DNA from: an archaeon
Lineage (GTDB): Archaea > B1Sed10-29 > JAJSAI01
DNA: 64,000 nt
Reading direction: 5' to 3'
Assembly (NCBI GenBank): GCA_024274695.1
Contig: JAJSAI010000019.1
Location: 1-64,000 of the forward strand
The notes under the pieces are model-generated. The model was given only the letters and a program-made list of their open reading frames with translations, ran no database searches and was not told the DNA's origin. Position 1 is the stretch's first letter. The number at the start of each line of letters is the position of its first letter. The translations under genes were made by a program, and so were the position numbers. Below are positions 36,597-45,494 of the stretch, in pieces.

Positions 36597-37640
36597 TTGC
36601 TCGTGGCAGGCATTGTTGGTTACGGAGCGTACGTGCCCAGGTACCGGATAAAGGTTGAAGAGATCGCGAGAGTGTGGAACAAGGACCCTGAGGCGATCAA
36701 AAAGGGATTGAACCTTCTAGAGAAAAGTGTTCCCGGTCTGGACGAGGATTCCGTGACAATCGCTGTTGAAGCGAGCAGGAACGCGCTTTCCCGCGCTGGA
36801 ATAAGCCCTGAAAAAATAGGGGCTGTTTTCGTCGGTTCAGAGTCTCCTCCTTATGCTGTCAAGCCCTCTGCCACCATAGTAGCTGAAGCAATAGGCTCTG
36901 TCCCAGTGATGATGGCTGCTGACCTGGAGTTCGCGTGCAAGGCCGGGACCCAGGCGGTTCTGAACTGTATCGGGCTCGTGGACTCAGGGATGATAGATTA
37001 CGGACTGGGAGTAGGATCTGACACGAGCCAGGGCAGGCCTGGAGACGCGCTTGAGTACTCTGCTTCAGCCGGAGGGGCGGCGTTCATCATAGGGAAGAAG
37101 GACGCGCTCGCGGAAGTGGAAGAATTCTACTCCTACACCACGGACACTCCCGACTTCTGGAGGAAAGAAGGTCAGGAGTACCCGCGGCACGGGGCAAGGT
37201 TCACGGGAAGGCCCGCGTACTTCAAGCACGTGCTCAGCGCGAGCAAGGGGGTCATGGAAAAAGGAGGATACTCTCCCAGCGATTTTGACTACGCTGTCTT
37301 CCACCAGCCCAACGGAAAATTTCCCCTGCTCGCGGCAAAACAGTTGGGCATACCAAAAGAAAAAGTCCTGCCAGGCCTCCTGAGCCCGGTGATAGGGAAC
37401 ACGTACTCAGGAGCGACCCTGTTGGGTCTCGCGGCAGTCCTTGACAGGGCAGGTCCCGGGGACTTGATCCTCGCAACCTCTTACGGTTCTGGCGCGGGAT
37501 CAGACGCGATGGTTATCAGGGTCACTGACAGGATAGAAGAAAAAAGGGACAAGGCACCCAAGGTTGAGGAGTACGTCTCACGCAAGAAGCACGTGACGTA
37601 CGGGGAGTACGTGAAGCTCAGACGCAAGCTCAAGGTGTGA
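36597..37640 (+). CDS. Archaeal hydroxymethylglutaryl-CoA synthase
   Basis: [49 protein letters not shown]. Confidence 0.95.
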   Translation: MLVAGIVGYGAYVPRYRIKVEEIARVWNKDPEAIKKGLNLLEKSVPGLDEDSVTIAVEASRNALSRAGISPEKIGAVFVGSESPPYAVKPSATIVAEAIGSVPVMMAADLEFACKAGTQAVLNCIGLVDSGMIDYGLGVGSDTSQGRPGDALEYSASAGGAAFIIGKKDALAEVEEFYSYTTDTPDFWRKEGQEYPRHGARFTGRPAYFKHVLSASKGVMEKGGYSPSDFDYAVFHQPNGKFPLLAAKQLGIPKEKVLPGLLSPVIGNTYSGATLLGLAAVLDRAGPGDLILATSYGSGAGSDAMVIRVTDRIEEKRDKAPKVEEYVSRKKHVTYGEYVKLRRKLKV

Positions 37641-38824
37641 TGATCATGAGAAGAGTCGCGGTCATAGGCGCTGGCATGACCCGGTTCGGGGAAAGATGGG
37701 AAGAGGGAATGAGAGAGCTAGCAGTAGAAGCGGGAGTAAGAGCACTAGAGAGTGCTGGGGTGAGAGGAAGCCAGATACAAGCCCTGTACGTGGGGAACAT
37801 GAGCGGAGGCAGGTTCATTGGACAAGAGCACATAGGAGCCCTCGCGGCAGACTACCTCGGGCTGAACCCCATCCCGAGCACAAGAATTGAGGCTGCTTGC
37901 GCGAGCGGCGGCCTGGCTTTCAGGCAAGCCTACCTCAGCATCGCGGGCGGAGAGTTCGACCTGGTGGTCGCGGGAGGAATAGAAAAAATGACGGACGTTC
38001 TCACAGGACAGGCCACAACAACCCTGGGAGGCGCTGCTGACCAGGAGTGGGAGACCTTCTTCGGGGCAACCTTTCCCAGCATATACGCGCTCATGGCAAG
38101 AAGGCACATGCACGAGTACGGGACTACAGAAGAACAGCTTGCCATGGTAGCGGTCAAGAACCATGACAATGGTCTGAAAAACCCCTACGCCCAGTTCAGG
38201 AAAAAGATTACTGTCGAGGACGTGCTAAACTCTTCTCCGGTGGCCACTCCCCTCAAGCTGCTTGACTGTTCTCCCATCACTGACGGGGCCGCGGCAGTCG
38301 TACTCGCGAGTGAGGAAATGGCCAGGAAGATCACGGATGACCCCGTGTGGATTAACGCTTCAGCCCAAGCGAGTGACACTCTAGCCCTTCATTCCAGGAG
38401 CTCGTTTACTTCAATTCCTGCCACGCGCCTGGCAGCAGAAAAAGCGTACCAGAAAGCAGGAATAAAACCGAAAGACGTTGACGTTGCCGAGGTGCACGAC
38501 TGCTTCACCATCGCAGAGATAATGGCTGTTGAAGACCTTGGGTTCGTGCCAAAAGGAGAAGGGGGGAAAGCGTACGAAGAAGGGATGTTCGAGCTGGGGT
38601 CTGACATTTCAGTGAACACGTCAGGAGGACTCAAGGCCTGCGGGCACCCTGTTGGGGCCACGGGAATAAAACAGGTCGCGGAAGTGTTCTGGCAGCTCAG
38701 GGGAGAAGCAGGCGAGCGGCAGATTCCTGACGCAGAGATAGGGCTCACGCACAACGTCGGAGGGTCTGGAGCCACAGTAGTCGTGCACGTGCTCTCAAGA
38801 TATCCTGACCTCAGGCAGAGGTGA
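37637..38824 (+). CDS. Acetoacetyl-CoA thiolase (SCP2-type)
   Basis: [37 protein letters not shown]; lies in the HMGS-thiolase-DUF35 cluster. Confidence 0.93.
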   Translation: MMIMRRVAVIGAGMTRFGERWEEGMRELAVEAGVRALESAGVRGSQIQALYVGNMSGGRFIGQEHIGALAADYLGLNPIPSTRIEAACASGGLAFRQAYLSIAGGEFDLVVAGGIEKMTDVLTGQATTTLGGAADQEWETFFGATFPSIYALMARRHMHEYGTTEEQLAMVAVKNHDNGLKNPYAQFRKKITVEDVLNSSPVATPLKLLDCSPITDGAAAVVLASEEMARKITDDPVWINASAQASDTLALHSRSSFTSIPATRLAAEKAYQKAGIKPKDVDVAEVHDCFTIAEIMAVEDLGFVPKGEGGKAYEEGMFELGSDISVNTSGGLKACGHPVGATGIKQVAEVFWQLRGEAGERQIPDAEIGLTHNVGGSGATVVVHVLSRYPDLRQR

Positions 38825-38829
38825 AAAGC

Positions 38830-39243
38830 ATGGCAGAACAGGGGAGCATTCCACTCATTTGGAGGAGGTATCCTCAGAGGTACAGGCTGGAAGGGAACAA
38901 GTGCGAGAACTGCGGGACCTACTTTTTCCCTCCCAGGCTCGTGTGCCCGAATTGCAGGAGGAGAGGAAGCCTTACCAAGCACGTTTTCTCAGGGAAGGGA
39001 GTTGTGGAATCCTACACGGTGGTCCACGTTCCTCCTGACGAGATGGCGGGCCAGGAGCCCTACGTGCTCGCACTAGTGAGACTGGAAGAAGGTCCTGTAG
39101 TTACAGCAGTAGTAACAGACGTTGACCCAGAAGACGTGAAAATCGGGACAAGGGTCAGGCTCGCGTTCAGGAGAATATCAGAACAAGGAGAGAGCGGTCT
39201 GGTGTGCTACGGGTACAAGTTCGCGCCCGAGAAAGGATTTTAA
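38830..39243 (+). CDS. DUF35 Zn-ribbon/OB-fold scaffold protein
   Basis: CENCG..FFPPRLVCPNC, VRLEEGP, YGYKF. Confidence 0.92.
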   Translation: MAEQGSIPLIWRRYPQRYRLEGNKCENCGTYFFPPRLVCPNCRRRGSLTKHVFSGKGVVESYTVVHVPPDEMAGQEPYVLALVRLEEGPVVTAVVTDVDPEDVKIGTRVRLAFRRISEQGESGLVCYGYKFAPEKGF

Positions 39244-39269
39244 AAGAGGCCTGCTGAACACCAGAACGC

Positions 39270-40214
39270 ATGGACAACAAGACCTATCTTGAGGCTCTCA
39301 GGAAACAGCACTACGCGATATTCGGGAAGAGAGAGCATTCTGCAGCAAAACTGTGCACCTGGACCAAAAAAAGCCTGAGGGGAGAGGGGGTCTGCTACAA
39401 GCAGCTCTTTTACGGGGTGCAGTCCCACAGGTGCCTGCAGATGACCCCTAACATTTACTGCAACCAGAGGTGCGTGTTCTGCTGGAGGTCCTGGGAGCAC
39501 GCTCCAACGGTATTCCAGCCGACGGAATGGGACGATCCCGCGGAGATTGTTGAAGAATCAATACGCGCCCAAAGGAAACTGCTGTCAGGGTACGGGGGCC
39601 TGCCTGGGCTTGACCAGAAAAAGTACCACGAGGCCCTGAACCCGAACCAGGTCGCGATCTCCCTGGCCGGAGAGCCCACGATATACCCGAGGATCTGGGA
39701 TCTGGTGCACGAGTACAAGAAAAGGGGTTTCACGACCTTCCTCGTGTCCAACGGGATGCTGCCAGAACGGTTTGAGAACATGACCGAGAAGCCCACCCAG
39801 TGGTACCTTTCCCTGGACGCGCCTGACGAGCAGACTCACAAGAAAGTGAACGTTCCAATGCTGCCGGACTCCTGGCAGAGGCTCAACCGGAGCCTGGAGA
39901 TAATGAGCACCCTGCCCGACGTCAGGCGGGTAATAAGAATAACAGTGGTCAAGGGATTGAACGACAGGGATCCTGAAGGATATGCCAGGCTCGTGGAAAA
40001 GTCAGGAGCTGATTTTCTGGAGGTCAAAGCGTACATGTTCGTGGGAGGGAGCAGGCAAAGGCTGTCAATAGCCAACATGCCAAGCCACGATTACGTGAAA
40101 GAGTTCGCGGGCAAGATAAACGAGGTTCTCGGCTGGGAGTACGGGGGAGAACAGCCGGCCAGCAGGGTTGTGGTTTACTCCAGGGGAAGCAAAAAGCTTA
40201 GAATAAGAGGATGA
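39270..40214 (+). CDS. taw1: 4-demethylwyosine synthase Taw1/TYW1 (radical SAM)
   Basis: HSAAKLCTW, CYKQLFYG..SHRC.QMTP, CNQRCVFCWR, SLAGEPT, EVKAYMFVG.SR.RL. Confidence 0.94.
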   Translation: MDNKTYLEALRKQHYAIFGKREHSAAKLCTWTKKSLRGEGVCYKQLFYGVQSHRCLQMTPNIYCNQRCVFCWRSWEHAPTVFQPTEWDDPAEIVEESIRAQRKLLSGYGGLPGLDQKKYHEALNPNQVAISLAGEPTIYPRIWDLVHEYKKRGFTTFLVSNGMLPERFENMTEKPTQWYLSLDAPDEQTHKKVNVPMLPDSWQRLNRSLEIMSTLPDVRRVIRITVVKGLNDRDPEGYARLVEKSGADFLEVKAYMFVGGSRQRLSIANMPSHDYVKEFAGKINEVLGWEYGGEQPASRVVVYSRGSKKLRIRG

Positions 40215-40250
40215 TACCAAGCGGTTTATATTCTCCTGGGCCCCTATTTC

Positions 40251-40757
40251 TTGGTGATGGTCAGGAAGACAAGGCGGCGGGACCTTGCGGAAGAAATGAT
40301 GAGAGAGATAAAAAGAAGGCTCTCTTCAAGGGGTTACTCTCCGAGCGTTGAGGAACTGAAGCAGCGTTTTCCCGGAGTGTCCAAGGGAGAGCTTTACATC
40401 GTTTTCAGGAAACTGGTTGAGGAGGGCAGGCTCCCTGAGGCCGTGATCGGGAAAACTCTTGAGAAGAGAGAAGTCCCTCTCAGTATTAATGATCTTGCTC
40501 TTCTCACAGCAGCCCAAGAGTTCAGGGCAAAGTACGGCAGGAAGCCCACGATAGAAGAAGCGGCCGAAATGGTGGAGCTCCACACCAAAAGAAGCCTGAA
40601 AAGGTACAGGCGCGTTCTGGAGGAAAAGCTTGGTAAGGAGACGTTCAGCCAAATCTTTTCCCTTCAGAAGAAGGGCCGTGTGCCTCCTAAGACAAGGCTT
40701 GCTGCCCGGGACGAGGAGCACGAGAAAGAGCTTTTCGAAGAATTATACCGGGACTGA
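40251..40757 (+). CDS. Hypothetical basic protein with HTH-like segments
   Basis: SPSVEEL and GRKPTIEEAAE resemble HTH lead-ins; TTTATA upstream. Confidence 0.6.
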   Translation: MVMVRKTRRRDLAEEMMREIKRRLSSRGYSPSVEELKQRFPGVSKGELYIVFRKLVEEGRLPEAVIGKTLEKREVPLSINDLALLTAAQEFRAKYGRKPTIEEAAEMVELHTKRSLKRYRRVLEEKLGKETFSQIFSLQKKGRVPPKTRLAARDEEHEKELFEELYRD

Positions 40758-40769
40758 GGCGTGCTGTCC

Positions 40770-40966
40770 ATGAAACTGTTCGGATTCCTCAAGGGAGGTA
40801 AAGAAAAAGTCCTGTCAGAAGAAAAGCAGGAAGAGCCTGTTCCAAAGTACGCGGACAAGGAATGCGCGTTATGCGGCAAGCCAGAGGCGGACAAGAAGTG
40901 AGGAGGCAGTACTGGCACAAGAAGTGTCTCAGGAAAGCCAGGAAAATGGCCAAGAACGCGTTCTGA
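40770..40966 (+). pseudogene. Small C3H zinc-finger gene interrupted by a one-base frameshift
   Basis: MKLFGFLKGG...ECALCGKPEADKK stops at TGA 40899; the shifted frame continues QYWHKKCLRKARKMAKNAF to the stop at 40966. Confidence 0.6.
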
Positions 40967-41013
40967 ACCAGGGCACCAAAAAAATTATATTCGGGCAGTG
41001 TTTTAGTGTGCTG

Positions 41014-42354
41014 ATGCCCGTAGTAAAACTGTTTTCTGTGACCGGGCGCGAAGGCCCTGGCCCGGAAGAAACCTCCGCCTTCGGGGCCCTCGGCTGCTTT
41101 GAACAAGACGACTCGTTCTCGTTGTACCAGAAGCTAGCAGGGGACCAGAAGAAGGTAAAAGGGGTGCTCAAGAATTCTGCGGGCAGGGGCCACGGGTCGG
41201 TACAGGACCAGAACCTGTTCATATTCAGCATCCGGGATCTGTCCAGGGCGGCGACACTGCAGTTGTGCCTGCCCCAGTACCTGATGCACCTGCAACAATC
41301 CCTCAGGAGGGCCAACGCGGACAGAGGCTTCCACGTCCCAGAAGGCATGAGCAGGGAGTCCACAGAACTCATGTCAGACGCCTTCAGGCTCTACGAGAAA
41401 ATGAAGGAAGAAGGGATCCCGGGAGAAGACGCGAGGTACATACTCCCTTTGTACACTAAGACGAACATCCAGACCGCGGGTAACGCCAGAGAACTTTCCC
41501 ACCTGTTCTGGATGACAGAACACTCTGACGCGCCCTCTGAAGTAAAAGCAGTCGTGAGGAGCATGCGCACGTTAGCTGAAGAGATCGCGCCGAACCTTTT
41601 CAGGGACTGGGGGTACAACTACGAGGCCCTCGCGTGGTACCCTTCAGCACAGCTCTACTCAGACAATCCAGTCATGGACGAGATCGTGCGCAGAAAAGGA
41701 GCAGGGGGAGTAAGGCTCGTGGAGTACGATATTCCCGAGGAGCAGGTGAGCAGGGCAGTGCTGGAAAGGGACGAGGCAATACTCTCTGTCTTAAAGCACT
41801 CTCACAACGGGGGCAGCGTGCAAGGGTTTCTGGCCAGGATGTCCCTGGCCGCGTTCCACCAGGCGATAAGACAGAGGACCTGGGACCAGGCCGTTGAATC
41901 GGTCTTCTCTGCAGCAGAGAGAGGAGAGCTGATCATACCCAGGACAGTCCGGGCGAGAGGCTTTGAGAGGGAGTTCACTGAGCTTGCCAGGAGCATGCTG
42001 ATAGCATACCGTGAGGAAAAGGAAAGAATAGGAAGGCATGACGCGATAGGAGTGGTGCCGCACGCGCTCGCCCTGTACGACCTGATACACGTTAACGGAT
42101 GGAACGCGATACACTCCATAGGAAAGAGAACGTGCATGGAAGCCCAGTGGGAGATAAGAGAAATCGCGGCAGGGATTTCCAGGATCATAAAAGAAAAGAA
42201 CCCTGCGATAGGCAGGTGGTCAGAGCCCCAGGGGGTGGTCTACGGGTACTGCCCTGAAAGAAACCCCTGCGGCTACTGCGAGAAAGTGTTGGACAACAGG
42301 GGAAAAAAGAGAGGTGGAGGGGAAGAGAGTGAGCCTGAAGGAATTAGACCCTGA
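41014..42354 (+). CDS. thyX: FAD-dependent thymidylate synthase, tandem two-domain form
   Basis: [24 protein letters not shown], second domain HQAIRQRT and RTC..AQWEIR; adjacent to glyA. Confidence 0.8.
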   Translation: MPVVKLFSVTGREGPGPEETSAFGALGCFEQDDSFSLYQKLAGDQKKVKGVLKNSAGRGHGSVQDQNLFIFSIRDLSRAATLQLCLPQYLMHLQQSLRRANADRGFHVPEGMSRESTELMSDAFRLYEKMKEEGIPGEDARYILPLYTKTNIQTAGNARELSHLFWMTEHSDAPSEVKAVVRSMRTLAEEIAPNLFRDWGYNYEALAWYPSAQLYSDNPVMDEIVRRKGAGGVRLVEYDIPEEQVSRAVLERDEAILSVLKHSHNGGSVQGFLARMSLAAFHQAIRQRTWDQAVESVFSAAERGELIIPRTVRARGFEREFTELARSMLIAYREEKERIGRHDAIGVVPHALALYDLIHVNGWNAIHSIGKRTCMEAQWEIREIAAGISRIIKEKNPAIGRWSEPQGVVYGYCPERNPCGYCEKVLDNRGKKRGGGEESEPEGIRP

Positions 42355-43576
42355 ACTCGCAGGAGTGCTTCAAAAAGAGCTCGAGAGGCAGAGGAACACC
42401 GTGGAGCTAATAGCATCTGAAAACTTTGTCCCTGAAGAGATCCTACTCGTGATGGGCTCGGTCCCGACAAACAAGTACGCGGAAGGATACCCCGGCAGAA
42501 GATACTACGGGGGAAACCAGTACATTGACGAGATAGAGCGGCTCGCGATAGAACGGGCGAAACAGTTGTTCGGGGCAGAGCACGCTAACGTGCAGCCCCT
42601 CTCAGGATGCCCGGCAAACCTGGCCGCGTACGCTGCTTTCCTGGAGCCGGGAGACAAGATACTTGGAATGAGCCTCGCGTCAGGAGGTCACCTGAGCCAC
42701 GGCTACAAGATGAGCATCACCGGAAAATACTACAGGGGGATCGCGTACGACGTTGATCCTGAAACAGAAACTCTTGACTATGACGCAATACTAGAACAGG
42801 CCAGGAGAGAAAAGCCGAGGATGATAGTGTGCGGGGCCAGCGCTTATCCCAGGATAATAGACTTCAAGGCATTCAAGGAAATCGCTGATGACGTGGGCGC
42901 GTACCTGATGGCTGACATCGCGCACATCGCTGGCCTTGTAGCCGCAGGCTTGCACCCCAGCCCGGTCCCCTACTGTGACGTGGTCACCACGACCACTCAC
43001 AAGACTCTCAAGGGCCCGAGAAGCGGTCTTATAATGTGCAAGCAAGAGCACGCCAAGAAAATAGACAGGGCCGTTTTCCCAATGCTGCAAGGAGGACCTC
43101 ACGAGCACACGATAGCCGCGAAAGCCCTTTGCTTCAAGCTCGCCATGCGGCCGGAGTTCAAAGAATACCAAGCACAGGTTGTGAAGAATGCTAAGGCGAT
43201 GGCAGAAGTGTTCCTGGACCACGGTTACCGGCTGGTCACAGGAGGCACGGACAACCACCTGCTGCTCGTGGACGTGGCCCAAAAAGGAATAGGGGGAAAA
43301 CAAGCGCAGGACGCTCTTGAAGAGGTTGGAATAACAGTGAACAAGAACATGATCCCCTTTGACAAGCGAAAACCAGTGGACCCGAGTGGGATAAGAATCG
43401 GGACGCCCGCGATAACAACAAGAGGCATGAAAGAAGACGCGGCAGCCAGGATTGCAGAACTGGTGGTAAAGGTCTTGGAGAACGTTGATGACGCGAGCGT
43501 GAAAGAAAGGGTCGCGGGGGAAGTTAGAGAACTGCTAGAGGAATACCCCCTGTACCCTGGCTTGTCCTACGCGTGA
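42329..43576 (+). CDS. glyA: Serine hydroxymethyltransferase
   Basis: [42 protein letters not shown]. Confidence 0.97.
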   Translation: MSLKELDPELAGVLQKELERQRNTVELIASENFVPEEILLVMGSVPTNKYAEGYPGRRYYGGNQYIDEIERLAIERAKQLFGAEHANVQPLSGCPANLAAYAAFLEPGDKILGMSLASGGHLSHGYKMSITGKYYRGIAYDVDPETETLDYDAILEQARREKPRMIVCGASAYPRIIDFKAFKEIADDVGAYLMADIAHIAGLVAAGLHPSPVPYCDVVTTTTHKTLKGPRSGLIMCKQEHAKKIDRAVFPMLQGGPHEHTIAAKALCFKLAMRPEFKEYQAQVVKNAKAMAEVFLDHGYRLVTGGTDNHLLLVDVAQKGIGGKQAQDALEEVGITVNKNMIPFDKRKPVDPSGIRIGTPAITTRGMKEDAAARIAELVVKVLENVDDASVKERVAGEVRELLEEYPLYPGLSYA

Positions 43577-43588
43577 ACAGCGGAAGCA

Positions 43589-44824
43589 CTATTCCCAGAA
43601 CCCCTTCACTTTTTCCAGAACCTCCTGCTCGTCCACTCCAAGAACCCTCTCACCATCGTACGCTATTCTCCCGTTGACCATGGTCATGACAACGTCAGAC
43701 CCTGACCCAGAGTACACGAGGTTCGAGAGCGCATCGTGCACCGGCTGCATGTGCGGTTTCTTCAAACTAACCAGAACAAGGTCGGCCAGAGCCCCTTCAA
43801 AAATTCCTGCATCCAGGCCCAGGGTCCTGTACGCGTTCTCAGTAGCCATCTTGAAAACCTGCTCTGCCTTAAGGCAGGAGGGGTCCTTGTGAAGCGCCTT
43901 TTGCAGGAAAAGGGCTGTTCTCATCTCCTGCACCATGTCAAGGTTATTGTTGCTGGCGCACCCGTCAGTCCCGAGGGTCACGTTCACTCCTTCCCTCAGG
44001 TACTCCACCACGGGCGCGACCCCGCTCCCGAGCTTGGCATTGCTCTCGGGATTGTGCGAGACACTAGCCCCAGCCTCTTTCAATAGCCCGATCTCCTGGT
44101 CAGTCACCCAGACCCCGTGGGCGATCATGGTCCTGTTGTCCAGGACTCCTATCGCGTGCAGGTACTCCACGGGCCTCATGCCCGTCTTCTCCATGAACTC
44201 CTTGACCTCTGTCATGTTCTCCGCCGCGTGTATCTGCAGGAGAAGACCGCGCTCCTCAGCAAACTCCTTCGCTCTAACGAGTTCTTCTTCGCTACACCCG
44301 TAAACCGAGTGAGGCGTGACGATCACCCTCGCGAGTTCCGTAGCGTTATCCAGGAGGCTCTTCACCCTGTCAAGAGTCCTGTCCACAGGCTCCATGACCC
44401 CAAGGATCCCTTCTCCTGCCCATACCCTGATCCCTGTTTTTTCGCTGGCCTGCATGACCTTATCCTCATGAAAGTACATGTCAACAAATCCAGTGGTCCC
44501 GCTCCTGAGCATTTCAACGCAGGCGAGCAGGGTGTTCCAGTAAACGAATTCAGGATTAACCTTTTCTTTTTCAGCGGGCCATATGTGGCCTTCAAGCCAC
44601 TCCTGCAGGGGCAGGTCGTCGGCTATTCCCCTGAACCCTGTCATGGCCGCGTGAGTGTGAGTGTTCACGAGCCCTGGGATGAGCAGGCAGCCTCTCCCGT
44701 CAACCACGTGCTCGTGTTCTCCGCTTATCCTCCTGCCGATCTCAGCAATCCTGTTCCCTATCACGCTCACGTCCGCCTTTTCTCCCCACGGGAGCGCAAC
44801 ATCCTTTATGAGAACGCTCGTCAT
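43589..44824 (-). CDS. Amidohydrolase, MTA/SAH deaminase-like
   Basis: PGLVNTHTH, PHSVY, IHAAE, AHGVW, HNPESNAKLGSG, GTDGCASNN. Confidence 0.88.
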   Translation of the reverse strand: MTSVLIKDVALPWGEKADVSVIGNRIAEIGRRISGEHEHVVDGRGCLLIPGLVNTHTHAAMTGFRGIADDLPLQEWLEGHIWPAEKEKVNPEFVYWNTLLACVEMLRSGTTGFVDMYFHEDKVMQASEKTGIRVWAGEGILGVMEPVDRTLDRVKSLLDNATELARVIVTPHSVYGCSEEELVRAKEFAEERGLLLQIHAAENMTEVKEFMEKTGMRPVEYLHAIGVLDNRTMIAHGVWVTDQEIGLLKEAGASVSHNPESNAKLGSGVAPVVEYLREGVNVTLGTDGCASNNNLDMVQEMRTALFLQKALHKDPSCLKAEQVFKMATENAYRTLGLDAGIFEGALADLVLVSLKKPHMQPVHDALSNLVYSGSGSDVVMTMVNGRIAYDGERVLGVDEQEVLEKVKGFWE

Positions 44825-45399
44825 CCTACCTCCTCCTCAACTACTTTCCCCCCAGGCTCCTCTTCTGAGAACACCTGGGCAGTGAAAAGGTAGACCATCG
44901 TGTCAAAGTCCTTCCACGCGCTCGCCTCAATCCCTGCCTTCAGGCATGCGTCCGACAAGAACTCCTCAGGACCGAGATCGTACTCCACCGCTACTTGGGG
45001 GAGGAGCAGTCCAGAATATTGGCCCTTCCTGATTATTATCCCATGCTTTCCTATGACAACATGCTCCGGCCTTTCCTCTGGCCTGCAGTCAAGCCGCTTT
45101 GGTTCTGAGAGCACGCTTACTTCTACCACTATCTTGTCCAGCTCGTCAGGGGATACTGGGAAGAACCGGGGGTCTTCAAAAGCCGCTGCCCGCGCGGCCT
45201 CTCTGACCGCTTCCCCCAAGGGCTTCACAGGGTAAGGGAATCCTATGCACCCCCTCAGGGTTTTGTCAGGGAAAGAGTAGAGTGTCACGAACACCCCCTT
45301 CTTCTCCTTCAAGAACTCGTCACGATGTTCTCTTTCTTCTCCTTTTATGGCTTCTCTGGCCATTCTGACCAGCAGAGCTCCCTGCTCCAGTGACAGCAT
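44821..45399 (-). CDS. AMMECR1-family (TIGR00296) protein
   Basis: GVFVTL, LRGCIG, AAFEDPRF, EVSVLS, GLLLPQV. Confidence 0.93.
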   Translation of the reverse strand: MLSLEQGALLVRMAREAIKGEEREHRDEFLKEKKGVFVTLYSFPDKTLRGCIGFPYPVKPLGEAVREAARAAAFEDPRFFPVSPDELDKIVVEVSVLSEPKRLDCRPEERPEHVVIGKHGIIIRKGQYSGLLLPQVAVEYDLGPEEFLSDACLKAGIEASAWKDFDTMVYLFTAQVFSEEEPGGKVVEEEVG

Positions 45400-45494
45400 G
45401 AATACACTACCCCCGACTGTTTTAAAAGGTTAACCAGGTCAAACCCTCACCGTTTTGCGAAAGATTATATCAGCACCAGGCAAGACAGGGTATC

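Noticed and set aside
40899-40901. Possible selenocysteine or stop readthrough at TGA
   Set aside because: The conserved-looking second half lies in a different frame, so readthrough would not restore it.
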